Both the position numbers and the translations under genes were made by a program. Below are positions 32,001 through 37,639 of a stretch of DNA of 64,000 nucleotides, piece after piece. The stretch is taken from the IMG/VR virus record IMGVR_UViG_3300043803_002519; one strand, 5' to 3'. The notes below the pieces were generated by a model. It did no database searches. It saw only the letters and a list, made by a program, of their open reading frames with translations, and was not told where the DNA came from. Position 1 is the first letter of the stretch; each line of letters opens with the position of its first letter. Origin of the DNA: a virus.

Positions 32001-34762
32001 CGACCGTGCAGACCTTCCTCGACAACAAGGCCGCACTACGCGCGCTGTTCGACGCGACGCCGGCCCACGGTCCCGCGGGCATCGTCGAGGCCGACGCGCT
32101 CCCCCGCCTCCTCCGCCTCGACGCGACGTCGGACATCAAGGACCCGGTCATCGCCGCGGCGATTGAGGTGATCCAGACCGGCATCCGCCGACGCTACGAG
32201 GCGGTGCGTGACACCGGCCTCCGCATCGAGCAGCGTATGTCCGGCCGCGCCGACCTCGGCGTGGCGACGGGCGACCCCAACCTCCCCATCAACGCCTACA
32301 AGCTGTGGTACGCGGGCAAGTACCAGGAGCTCGCCGCTCAAGCCCAGCGCCGCGGCCAAACCACCGACCCAGGCAAGTCCGGCGCGTCGGGGAGCTCGAG
32401 CGACGCGGCGGGCCTCGTGTTCGACCCAGTGTCCGGCGCCCTCGCGGTGGTGACGGGTCTCCTCGCCGACGGCGTGCTGGCCTCGGCGGCGGCCGATATG
32501 ATGCGCCTCGGCCTGCCGGTGCACACCGACAGCGTCAACTTCGGCGGGCGCAACTTCGACCAGTGGGTGCCGCTCGGCAGCACCTCGATGTCCCGGGCGA
32601 AGTACCGGGCGCTGGTGCAGGAGTACATGAACGCCATCCTCAGCTTCCAGGGTTCGCAGTCCAAGCAGTTCAACGAGGCGCGGGAGTTCGTGGGGACCGA
32701 GATGCTCCCGGTCCAGGTGTCGGGGCTGAACGATGGAAAGTTCGACCCGTCCGCCTGGGCAGACGCGCACCGCATCCTCGACTCTTGGGGCATCAAGAGC
32801 AACACCTCCGGGATGGAGACGATGGTCCTCCCGACGGGCGAAGAAGTGTTCATGCCCAAGATCATCAAGGACGAGCTCACCGGACTCTTCGACCGCACGG
32901 CGAAGGCTGGGCTCCCCTGGACGAAGTCGGCGGAGGGCGAGCCCGACAAGATTCTCGGCCGGTTCGGCGAGTTCGTGGACGGGAGGCTCTACCCCAACAA
33001 CAACCTCCAGTACAAGGGCAAGGGGAGCCTCGCCGACAACGTCAACATCGCCGTCCGGACGATGGTCAACATCCCCGGCCGCACTCTCGCCATGGCGCGG
33101 GTCGGCGTCACCACGGGCGTCGGCATCCCCAACCCCGCCTTCTACATCGGCAACGTCTTCGGCGGCCTCCTGCAAGCCGTCCAGAGCAAGGGCGCTGTGG
33201 GCACGGCGCGAATGCTGGGCCGCTACCTGCCCGGCGTCGGCGGAGATGCCGGCAAGGTCCTCCGCAGCGTGTTCTGTCGGGTGTGGGGCGACTCTCAGGG
33301 CTACTTCAAGCCTGCTTCGGGGTCGTTCATCGCCGACAACGGCGCGGTCATCAGCGACGACTTCATCACCAAGACCGTGGTCAAGTACGGTCTGCACACG
33401 TCGCAGCCGCGGGCCGAGTCGGCCATCCGCATCATCGACGACCTTCGCAACCATGAAGGCACGTTCTGGACGCGGGTGAAGCGCGACCGCATCTTCGACG
33501 TGCCGCTCCTCGGCACTGCGGAGAGCGCGGTCCGGACGGGCGTGTCTACGACCTTCCGCTACTGGCAGGGCATCCTCGGAGACGCAGCCACCGCAGTGGA
33601 CGACCTCTTCCGCGTGGCGACCTACGTCGACGAGCTCGCCGGCGGGGTCGCCCCGGCCGAGGCCGCCGCCGTCGCCCGCCGCACTTCCTTCGACTACGCT
33701 GACCTCACGGACTTCGAGAAGGAGCACCTGCGTCGGTTCATCATGTTCTACACCTTCCAGCGTCGCAACGCCGACCTGTTCTGGTGGACGATGCTGAACC
33801 ACCCTTCCCGCATCATGGGCCAGGTGCGTGCGGTGCGGGACGCGCAGGAGCACTTCCTCGGAGAGGACGACTCCGAGAGCATCCTCCCCGAGCACCTCGA
33901 CGGGCGCCTCATCATCGGGATGCGGAAGACTCTCGGCGACGAAGCGGCCCTGCGGGGCTCCCTCGGCACGATGACCGTCGCACCTCCGCTCCCGGCGATG
34001 GACCACCTCGGGCTGTGGGTCTCCATCTTCCGGTCCTTGAACAGCGACGAGCCGCGGGGCGGGCGCGAGATCATCTCCCGCCTGGCCCCCGAGTACCAGG
34101 CGCCGTTCGTCCTCGGCCTGGAGGTCGACATCTTCTCCGGCCGCGACCTCGCCGCCTTCAACACTGTCCCCTCGTGGATGGTGGAGATGGACCGCCAGAT
34201 TTCCGGCGGGGCCATGGTCGACGACCTGTTCAAGGTCCGCAAGACGGAGAACAGCGACCCCTCCCGTGACGAGGCCCCCGGCGTAGATCGCTGGGAGCCC
34301 ACGGGAGAGGGCGCGAAGTGGTGGTGGGTCTTCCGCAACCTCGTGCAGGTCCCGCCGTTCGGCCGGGGCACCGATACCATCACCCAGATGGCTCGGGCGG
34401 ACTGGATTGTCGGGGACGTCGTGAACGGTGCCCGGTGGTATCGAGCCACTCAGGGCCCCGTGGGGGCCATCCGCGACAACCTCACCGACCCCTTCTTCCG
34501 CAGCGTGGTCCGCCCGATGATGGACGCCCTCCCTCACGTCGACCCTTCGGCGGTGCAGGTCTACGAGCCCCCGGCCATCGTGGAGGACCTCAACATTGAG
34601 CGCGCCGGCTACACGCCGGGCCTTGAGGCCGCGCAGCTGTTCGGCGTCAAGAGCGTCATCGTACCGACGGCCGCCATCGCGGCGGACGAGGACGAGGTAG
34701 GTCGCCGTCGCCGCATCAGCACCGCGGCCTCCGAGGAGCGGAAGCGCGACCCCTACCGGTAG
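20048..34762 (+). CDS. giant multi-domain (polyvalent-type) virion/ejection protein, 4904 aa
   Basis: Single uninterrupted ORF with several independent enzyme motif sets (listed below as sub-features). It sits between internal-virion genes and tail-fibre genes, and a hairpin plus T-run follows the stop. Confidence 0.85.
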   Translation: MPSPRSPQEILDALGMTEDEVLGPLPPKDAVELAPEDYRDPEVLPVGEEPPEGGARTPRGRIAKGYASAVYEDGNTALRSLRGDVADHLITQGLAPEDARLTAYEDTRHLEATGHVEDSEDAADAIRAREGEPTVGKALTMAVNRVTPIGLDQGPEEWGRRVRENEKATWGERSDALGKALQGEEITEADAKAAGIDLPLVQELKKAYVSHFGEMVYTAGSAGILPTIGSITGLIPGWSDVVEQSGKNLEVAKEGKKYVTSEELVKIAAYGGVNSPIGDAIPYIVDAAVDFHDVVTGEDKQGRLRSATGGTVGDVFWDFVSKGRHNEKFDPAAKALYEEGDVAGLGQLGMVDIPEHVPAVKVDLPTLKSAVEAGGLLAEAPEADRFRVGMSSGLSDEVLQTLADAIPLDVVRRAQPDAGPTLKSVLAAYTARKKIQEIVGTPEADDALKVAAAALHDREVREDGSVYFVPSTTQKVLTAINAAVPLVIEADVPVLGPVAGVYGGVLKAMGFEKLGGMAESARFPTAAGNESMVASGDFDWVLEGMGLQGSTSSERRRDIGESRYIDRVLADMQLPQYQNWGLKELGRDLGVKPGSTADVALGTADLGADTVVPFEEMFLGPAGSAVTMASRAATAAKLSKMLGRSNSQAARVAVRAALPQFLGGSTDAVAAMDAALRTAVADSVAAGEVLFTVGRGEDAVKGTLSKEVQRAVGNLLEDVGIRKEDVFRTVNDLSFAQKAKNTVIVKDWMARGTPEQKALRETAEWKAVRQGLEESAPPEVVDAGMALNEWMAHQAVVLGEFRSPKDWFAAQRVGKAIDGAAPPPPRPTTVADALRAAATDADGEVSAMAARLLAMNHPAVTSAALDVGVDLGPGVHGRYDIADNHIVLSPSATASTLVHEVAHAVTAHALRNVDTLSPAGRKAVADLQALYAKASESPDLQAVGLGLDNLDEFIAEAYSNPAFRAALRKVKVTPTKSAWRVFVDTVGQLLGLKTKPELDALDRTLSKIEVVAKERVVPGRGGGSLASRAALVKDPPAPEPPDVLPERHPADTWADVRGPIGWWMPLDEVEFRIGQMAEEHAIFFDREGRQIARFGPEDTRRDAPGYDPATACIIYPKALDDLAASGGGVYTHNHPSGSAPSIDDVLVARRGNVDALRAVARNDGFTWVVRRPEAGWPETDVLRRAWKDLAHTVYLSAKKRMDARIKAAGGNLWEGDRAAGFSETVWKEYLTNGYDTHWAEYFGDLGIVLERERHPHLGQLGLDAPVRGAAGAPGAGPAVAGATEAARYPAVGVGEQGRLFSRAAPEGGTVRKGRLGSDLPRLLDLLGASMYSKPLAEVAVKELVQNAFDAIKATARTDGQIHVTLNAQERTLSVADNGKGMTPEVVQDALFTVGGTNKEGLAVGDRSGGLGLAKMAFLFGSEWVDVDTVHGGVRTRVHATSAQIKASDFDIVTEPAPGAPNGTNVTLKIPETYRDPASGADRTIYLFKEQMTSEQGSGVLDRPLFGNVEVLFTEVPRYGTPSTATLPVGRNTDPLATPLLTRAAFDWGSADVYMGDARKKYPRHRVLSAGLHQFDTAILAGNERIPYDIVVDIRPGVDPLHPHYPFNNQREGWRGTVEADVKALNGYIAKHSSGRAAAETSDVFKGAVTMPRVAPDDLDVGAAAPAAVKAFAPKAPPSPPPEGAAAPRAPDVIKISAGAVAPSVSERAAPDSFRPERAAPDLQSFVGSVAVDPLKPLFHNNTGVDYIGAVRAALPGAEPERFLAEMGSLVLDFKEAAAKQDKYGLADLVSLENPYAAGISIDKDYRGVHVKVPYRAFFLNPLAATNETASGLAESMLHTLVHEVAHTTVMAHNENFALALADVYDRLGDSGDTDIFRARLRKILTRHQDTFNEMRRIYDSPRTSNLRGALENGEQLSTRGAPGPGEGGPGAAPGDAAAVGGLDGDAGPARRGVGEPSARELIEAALPGLSGHGNAARPGPLYSRAAPAPSAVPKPSLPEPTDEVRRAHQALVVKRLLSPSAETRAAHQAYQAEHPEVLAWAEYRAAVADAELAQAREAARAEYEAGAPARQAAADAKAARYADAKATGKKLPPEERAMNRREWFGDSAVTTTGEAGGKPLVVTHESPSKFSEFRAGEFGFHFGVGIPDGMFGSNRVSGLLRINNPMRMADLGVWTPERVLAEGGFSTAEQPRLLAEVERIRAEADAPTKAMVAKARASGDVATAEKWQALLEDGSDAATFRDRRGNYLASRPVHDALREKGYDGIVYRNEAEGVDDSYIAFEPQQFKSNKNVGTYDATDPRFLYSRAAPARAAEEAAEPLPVFRSPAATEQRWHRIGDDHQYTELTISPEGALDPSLPSYAKRGRMSSGRGTGFASGMYAFADARQGTVPVLPARNPLTLRSWGLEVPNAAAEFQRDASSLLFLAERLRDLSPAKRAEAIDLLRARVSSSFEEVYDAEKRLASPEFGIGRGVFGGEPKFPSDLATALDPLLSRWRRVGVPAGLDGAGTVDALIDAAATWGKHQHVHPVNILLSRMGHDGIEWAGGALKEGNTGAHGFVKFPPITADGALVDVVPDPRHGYAVTHGGRDPRVLYSRAAPARAAEYRGVDGKPRTATMFSGGGLVEAGLRKYIDPVFAVEVSPEIGAAYKAAHGDHVRIDDVRNVDLGEAGDVDYLHASPVCKNFSAAKAVTESGEQPLDLETARATADAVHRTQPAVFTLENVRGYQGTEAMGLVEAALREEGYTFDANVYDAADYGAATRRKRLLLRAVKDGDLPPVPAPTHGPGRAQPYADWYAAVEDLVDDLPDDVVPPWMRRRLEAAGIDPDAPAKPTIVMGGSAGKNVPYAEAGGPAPTFKATPGEAHRIIFPDGRVKRVTPRAAARITGLPDDYPLPTKNATATTVIGNGVPPALSEAVFAPLLAGDHVPGTLYSRAAPIEDAAPGIVALRKYMLDAAGDDTAFDAKVYAERKQVCALTGHCNAAAYIVQKRYGGELLSAKVDGETHVWNRLADGTEIDLTGSQYGGDGFHPVAKNGKVVPLRSTVNPRFAAFEDRVAAAELRAARDPRFLYSRAPGNQTDTPAFQRFIEGTKAVDEDGAPKRLYHGTTHDFEAFDAQSGNVENHHGRGIYLTSSEGDVGSNYATREGPDLKSRIESQMESLLDVWDDPSVAQDFVERWLEAHPERAAEGERLVQVLDDGGNPDANLLQEITRWVAEQEIAGSHGGAVLPVYAAIKNPVDLRPGKVTRFDIETKWSEDGEDFLGETGAGVEAIDAIRRMANSSDTADLIIEALGDISEGFDAADLERAVRDNSIEFLDDDSSAGQFLQDVYRELGFDGIVIDAYKTFGPRRAGWGVNLPGMAGLTPGTEHWVAFEPTQVKSATGNRGTFDPKDKRLLYSRAPDGPTWTAEPPPPGDKVPGIVDNPAHAAWSKTKRDLAKDVADLEDAELSAWWEHYGPSPDAPTVAPRPKNFAEAQAYWTEHGDDPAEFPEPSPELSAKLQALDDANAAPEPSRTTAGLVNDPARVIVRYFKTANMQALLEQNAQVIRMLLGEKWAGDLMRFFDHEVDTASGQVRLTKKGEEQFNVALARVLRGDLAPRGRVRAYFEELRDALSDIWLNLRGKPMSLPPGFRQWWDATLDPAKHLRARVKVSDERFGRQPLEVNVTVKANDPDAPPPPDPTRLGRELADVTDVIYREDFKRANALHEYWNLPLTPGQKRHALGILGSDTDVDAVEAVAKAIALLGTTQARRRWGFSGKVVRVGRRSQVSEDRKESVLKRAREALHGAIGGDVVAAPDGGVTLTPEQAKGLAAHLDHLVDAGWGEQLPDELISPQKDLTKLTEQEWSDIANTTVDDVAGPGSYRDRQADRVVGNAAESLLGRAVDALSTVPIFNGVRRKLTEAFDTTFAGSKNINPAVAEVVDGWRREFSDVASQIARLREHVRAGTADETAEVLIRKIAKELPAVGPDPKVVDDLVVLNRALNPEGDVTPTVQTFLDNKAALRALFDATPAHGPAGIVEADALPRLLRLDATSDIKDPVIAAAIEVIQTGIRRRYEAVRDTGLRIEQRMSGRADLGVATGDPNLPINAYKLWYAGKYQELAAQAQRRGQTTDPGKSGASGSSSDAAGLVFDPVSGALAVVTGLLADGVLASAAADMMRLGLPVHTDSVNFGGRNFDQWVPLGSTSMSRAKYRALVQEYMNAILSFQGSQSKQFNEAREFVGTEMLPVQVSGLNDGKFDPSAWADAHRILDSWGIKSNTSGMETMVLPTGEEVFMPKIIKDELTGLFDRTAKAGLPWTKSAEGEPDKILGRFGEFVDGRLYPNNNLQYKGKGSLADNVNIAVRTMVNIPGRTLAMARVGVTTGVGIPNPAFYIGNVFGGLLQAVQSKGAVGTARMLGRYLPGVGGDAGKVLRSVFCRVWGDSQGYFKPASGSFIADNGAVISDDFITKTVVKYGLHTSQPRAESAIRIIDDLRNHEGTFWTRVKRDRIFDVPLLGTAESAVRTGVSTTFRYWQGILGDAATAVDDLFRVATYVDELAGGVAPAEAAAVARRTSFDYADLTDFEKEHLRRFIMFYTFQRRNADLFWWTMLNHPSRIMGQVRAVRDAQEHFLGEDDSESILPEHLDGRLIIGMRKTLGDEAALRGSLGTMTVAPPLPAMDHLGLWVSIFRSLNSDEPRGGREIISRLAPEYQAPFVLGLEVDIFSGRDLAAFNTVPSWMVEMDRQISGGAMVDDLFKVRKTENSDPSRDEAPGVDRWEPTGEGAKWWWVFRNLVQVPPFGRGTDTITQMARADWIVGDVVNGARWYRATQGPVGAIRDNLTDPFFRSVVRPMMDALPHVDPSAVQVYEPPAIVEDLNIERAGYTPGLEAAQLFGVKSVIVPTAAIAADEDEVGRRRRISTAASEERKRDPYR
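22625..23080 (+). other. zincin metallopeptidase domain 1 (MPTase-PolyVal-like)
   Basis: TLVHEVAHAVTAH (HEVAH at 22742-22756), plus downstream NLDEFIAEAYSNPAFRAAL, a pattern I associate with polyvalent-protein metallopeptidases. Confidence 0.6.
23225..23580 (+). other. RadC-like JAB/MPN metallopeptidase domain
   Basis: VYTHNHPSGSAPSIDDV (23441-23479) matches the HxHPSG..PS..D JAMM signature, one residue shorter than canonical. An upstream Glu lies in QMAEEHAIFF. Confidence 0.65.
23942..23962 (+). other. inter-module motif a: LFSRAAP
   Basis: Context GRLFSRAAPEGG, aa 1299-1305. Confidence 0.9.
24000..24460 (+). other. GHKL (HSP90/MORC/histidine-kinase-like) ATPase domain
   Basis: N-box ELVQNAFDAIKA (24071...), G1 box VADNGKGM (24173...), G2-like SGGLGLAKMAF. 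Confidence 0.6.
25430..25650 (+). other. zincin metallopeptidase motif region 2
   Basis: HTLVHEVAHTTVMAH (HEVAH at 25571-25585). It shares the octapeptide TLVHEVAH with domain 1. Confidence 0.5.
25988..26008 (+). other. inter-module motif b: LYSRAAP
   Basis: Context RPGPLYSRAAPAPSA, aa 1981-1987. Confidence 0.9.
26009..26953 (+). other. ART-like module 1 (putative ADP-ribosyltransferase fold, divergent)
   Basis: LVVTHESPSKFSEF, GEFGFHFGVG and YDGIVYRNEAEGVDDSYIAFEPQQFKSNKNVGTYDATDPRF. This module is paralogous to module 29261-30220. Confidence 0.4.
26954..26974 (+). other. inter-module motif c: LYSRAAP
   Basis: Context DPRFLYSRAAPARAAEE, aa 2303-2309. Confidence 0.9.
27821..27841 (+). other. 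inter-module motif d: LYSRAAP
   Basis: Context DPRVLYSRAAPARAAEY, aa 2592-2598. 34 of 36 nt are identical to copy c. Confidence 0.9.
27842..28828 (+). other. C5-cytosine DNA methyltransferase domain
   Basis: Motif I ATMFSGGGLVEAG, motif IV HASPVCKNFS, motif VI FTLENVRG, motif VIII YGAATRRKRLLL, motif X IGNGVPPAL. Confidence 0.85.
28829..28849 (+). other. inter-module motif e: LYSRAAP
   Basis: Context PGTLYSRAAPIEDA, aa 2928-2934. Confidence 0.9.
28850..29242 (+). other. small transglutaminase/papain-like Cys-His-Asp module
   Basis: LTGHCNAAAYIVQKRYGGELLSAKVDGETHVWNRLADGTEIDLTGSQ has spacing like the transglutaminase-core pattern C...HxW...D. Confidence 0.35.
29243..29260 (+). other. inter-module motif f: LYSRAP
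   Basis: Context DPRFLYSRAPGNQ, aa 3066-3071. Confidence 0.9.
29261..30220 (+). other. ART-like module 2 (ART-PolyVal-like)
   Basis: RLYHGTTHDFEAFD, GRGIYLTSSEGDVGSNYA and EHWVAFEPTQVKSATGNRGTFDPKDKRL give an H / Y-x-S-T / E arrangement. Confidence 0.45.
30221..30238 (+). other. inter-module motif g: LYSRAP
   Basis: Context KDKRLLYSRAPDGP, aa 3392-3397. Confidence 0.9.
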
Positions 34763-34766
34763 CTGT

Positions 34767-34803
34767 AAAACCTACCCGCCGGTCGGTTTTGTGTTATCGT
34801 TGC
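34767..34803 (+). promoter_or_regulatory. terminator-promoter cassette, copy 2
   Basis: AAAACC...GGTTTT hairpin plus T-run starting 5 nt after the giant ORF stop, then TGTTATCGT. 26 of 27 nt are identical to 6621-6647. Confidence 0.5.
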
Positions 34804-34837
34804 CTCCTCTTCGTTCTCTTCCCTTTCGAGGTCTCCA

Positions 34838-35830
34838 ATGAAGCTCGCCGCCGCCGATACCATCATCGAGGAAAGCCTCCTTCTCGACACCGGCTTCGTG
34901 TTCTACAACCGTGCGCGCACGGCCAGCATCACTGCGGGGACCTCGGGGTTCTCCGTCGTGGGCGACGCCTCTGACACCGGCATCGCCGGTACGGCGGGCT
35001 CCTCGGGTACGGGCACCACCTCCGGCACCGCCGGCGGTGCGATGGCTCGCACCGGCGGCGCGGGGGGCTCGGCCACCTCGACCGCGGGGGCGGGCGGCGG
35101 CGCCGGCGGTGCGGTCGCCAACACCGGCGGTGCGGGCGGCAGTGCCGCAGGCACCTCGGCAGCTGGCGCAGGCGGCGCGGTCACCAACACCGGCGGCGTC
35201 GGCGGAGCGAAGACCGGAACCGGCACCGCCAATGGCGGGGCGGGCGGCGGGGTCTCCTCTCGGGGCGGCGACGGTGGGGCCACGGCCTCTTCCAACGCGG
35301 GCTCCGCGGGCGGCGCTGGCGGCACCGCCGGTCTCCGCGGCGGCGCGGGCGGCGCGGCCACTGCCGGCGCGGTCAGCGGCAACGGCGGTGGCATCCCCCT
35401 CCAGCCCGGCGCGGCCGGCGCGGCCTCTGGTGGAAGCACCGTCGGCAATGCCGGCATCGTCTACGTGGCCACGGCCACCACCCCGGTGGCCGCCACCGGC
35501 GCGGTCGACCAGACCGCCGCGACGGTCGCCAACGCGGGGACCATCTCCGCGGCCCAGCATCGTGGCCAGCAGGTCTACCAGGACGCATCTGGCGGCAACG
35601 TGACCATGACGACCCTGTCCGCCACCCTGTTGGCGGGGGCGCTGCCCAGCCTCCCCACCGGCGGCTTCATCATGCTGTACTGCGCCAGCAATCACGCCAG
35701 CAACACCTCCACCATCGCAGGAGGGACCGGCGTGACCGTGGTGGGCGCCGCCTCGTTCACCCAGACGGGCGCCACCTTCCTCCTCCGCAAGACCGGCGCC
35801 GCGGCCTTCGACCTCATCCGGGTCGGGTAG
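34838..35830 (+). CDS. glycine-rich tail fibre/spike-like protein
   Basis: 330 aa. The central ~170 aa consist of TGGAGGSA-type Gly/Ala/Thr repeats, followed by a globular C-terminus. GAGG RBS. Confidence 0.5.
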   Translation: MKLAAADTIIEESLLLDTGFVFYNRARTASITAGTSGFSVVGDASDTGIAGTAGSSGTGTTSGTAGGAMARTGGAGGSATSTAGAGGGAGGAVANTGGAGGSAAGTSAAGAGGAVTNTGGVGGAKTGTGTANGGAGGGVSSRGGDGGATASSNAGSAGGAGGTAGLRGGAGGAATAGAVSGNGGGIPLQPGAAGAASGGSTVGNAGIVYVATATTPVAATGAVDQTAATVANAGTISAAQHRGQQVYQDASGGNVTMTTLSATLLAGALPSLPTGGFIMLYCASNHASNTSTIAGGTGVTVVGAASFTQTGATFLLRKTGAAAFDLIRVG

Positions 35831-35833
35831 TCC

Positions 35834-36244
35834 GTGGCGAGGGCCTTCTCGGTCAGCGTCGAGGTCTCCGACAGCGGGGACATGAAGTTCCATGTCGACG
35901 TGGCGGACGGCGACGACGTCCGCTTCTACGACGTGGTCCATCACCTGCGCCAGGTGCTGACCGACTGCGAGTCTCGGGGAGCTCTCCGCGTGTCCACGCG
36001 CACGGAGTTCGCCGAGGCCTGCGACAAGGCCGTCGCCCAGCGCGACTGGGCCGAGGGCGTCCTCGCGGACTGGGAGCCCACGCTGGACGGGGTGTCGAAC
36101 TACGGCACCCACTACACGCGGACGTTCGTGAAGAGCGGCTACCTCGAGCACGTCGAGGCACCTTGTGACATCAACGGCGGCGGCACCTTGGCCACTGCTG
36201 CGGTGCTGGCTGAGTGGGTTCCCACTGCAACGGCGGAGGCGTAG
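35834..36244 (+). CDS. hypothetical protein
   Basis: GTG start 3 nt after the previous stop. 136 aa. Confidence 0.45.
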   Translation: MARAFSVSVEVSDSGDMKFHVDVADGDDVRFYDVVHHLRQVLTDCESRGALRVSTRTEFAEACDKAVAQRDWAEGVLADWEPTLDGVSNYGTHYTRTFVKSGYLEHVEAPCDINGGGTLATAAVLAEWVPTATAEA

Positions 36245-36246
36245 TC

Positions 36247-36696
36247 ATGGCGCAGGGGTTCATCAGCGAAGAAGCGGCCGTTGCGAGCATCTCGACGCCA
36301 GCGGCCCTCGCTCGGGTCATCACCCTGTCGGGACGGGCCGCCGCCGTTGCGCGCGACCCCCTGGCGGTGTCGAGCCCTGCGGGCGGGTACTTCTCCCACC
36401 TCGACCTGGTGGTGCTGGCCACGGCGGGCACGCCCACCGGTTGCAGCATCGTCCTCACCTACGACGCCGCGGGCGACGAGGTGTTCGCGGTCATCCCCGC
36501 CACCGACGTCACCTTGGTGCCCGCGCTCACCACGGCGAGCACCTACCTGGCGACTGCCAAGCTCGACAAGTGGTGTCGCCTGCCAACGGGCGGCGTGGCG
36601 GGCATCGTCTACGCCTTCCTCGCGATGACTGGCGGGGCCACGGTGACGCTGCAGACGATGCGCCTGCACTGGCGCGACGGCCACAGCGGAGGGTAG
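36247..36696 (+). CDS. hypothetical protein
   Basis: Starts MAQGFISEEAA. The ATG lies 2 nt after the previous stop. Confidence 0.45.
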   Translation: MAQGFISEEAAVASISTPAALARVITLSGRAAAVARDPLAVSSPAGGYFSHLDLVVLATAGTPTGCSIVLTYDAAGDEVFAVIPATDVTLVPALTTASTYLATAKLDKWCRLPTGGVAGIVYAFLAMTGGATVTLQTMRLHWRDGHSGG

Positions 36697-36697
36697 C

Positions 36698-37639
36698 ATG
36701 CCCCCTCGGCCGAGCCTGACCCGCGCGGACATCGTTCAGATCGTCAACGCCATCGTCGACCGCCTGCACAACCTCCCCCTGGGCCTCGGCGGCCTCCGGC
36801 GCATCGGAACCGACGCGAGCTCGGCCGCGCCTGGCACCCTCGCCGCCAACGACTTCCTGGTGAAGACCGCCTCGAGCACGCTGTCGGCGGAGCGGGTGGT
36901 CACGGACACGGCAACGGTCACCTGGGACTGGGGCACCGCGGGCCAGGCGAAGGCCAACGCCTCAACCTCGGGGCTGTCGGTGCTCACCACCAAGGGCGAC
37001 CTGTGGGGCTTCTCCACCGTCAACGCGCGCATCCCCGTCGGCACCAACGGCCAGGTACTGACGGCGGACTCGACGCAGGCTCTGGGCGTGAAGTGGGCGG
37101 CGGTCGGCGGCGGCTCCGGCGATGTCGTCGGCCCGGCGTCGTCGGTCGTCAACGAGCTCATGGTGTACGCGGACACCAGCGGCAAGCTGGCTGGGCGGGC
37201 AACCGGGACCGGCCTCGCCAAGCTCACGTCGGGCGTGCTCTCGGCGGTGACGACGTGGACCGGCGCGGGGCTCACGGGCACGGCCTCGCGGCTCGCCTCG
37301 TTCGATGGCTCGGGGAACCCAACCTCCGTGGCGATCGGAACCACGGCGGGTACTGTGGCGGCGGGGGACGACTCCCGGTTTACGGACGCGCGGACTCCCA
37401 CGGGTGCAGCGGGCGGCCAACTCGGCGGCACTTACCCCAATCCCGACGTGCGCGGGCTGCGGGAAACGTCCGGCCCCACCAGCCTGACGATGGGCGCCGT
37501 GGCTGATGGGCAGGTTCTCCAGCGGAGCGGCAACACCATCGTCGGCACGTTTCTTCTCCTCGCCGTGGCCGCCATCGCCGCGCCAGAACTGGCCGCCGGG
37601 ATTGACGGTTCGGCCGCTACCACGGGGACTCTCGTATAA
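36698..37639 (+). CDS. tail fibre protein
   Basis: GTNGQVLTADSTQALGVKWAAVGG is a motif common in phage tail-fibre proteins. 313 aa. Confidence 0.55.
   Translation: MPPRPSLTRADIVQIVNAIVDRLHNLPLGLGGLRRIGTDASSAAPGTLAANDFLVKTASSTLSAERVVTDTATVTWDWGTAGQAKANASTSGLSVLTTKGDLWGFSTVNARIPVGTNGQVLTADSTQALGVKWAAVGGGSGDVVGPASSVVNELMVYADTSGKLAGRATGTGLAKLTSGVLSAVTTWTGAGLTGTASRLASFDGSGNPTSVAIGTTAGTVAAGDDSRFTDARTPTGAAGGQLGGTYPNPDVRGLRETSGPTSLTMGAVADGQVLQRSGNTIVGTFLLLAVAAIAAPELAAGIDGSAATTGTLV

Noticed and set aside
20048-34762. Giant ORF considered as an N4-like virion RNA polymerase
   Set aside because: I could not recognise T7-like RNAP motifs (TxxGR, Rx3Kx7YG, catalytic Asp pairs) or a DxDxD double-psi barrel motif. 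The recognisable content is peptidase, ATPase, MTase and ART modules. A profile search would be needed to exclude a cryptic polymerase in the C-terminal 1,500 aa.
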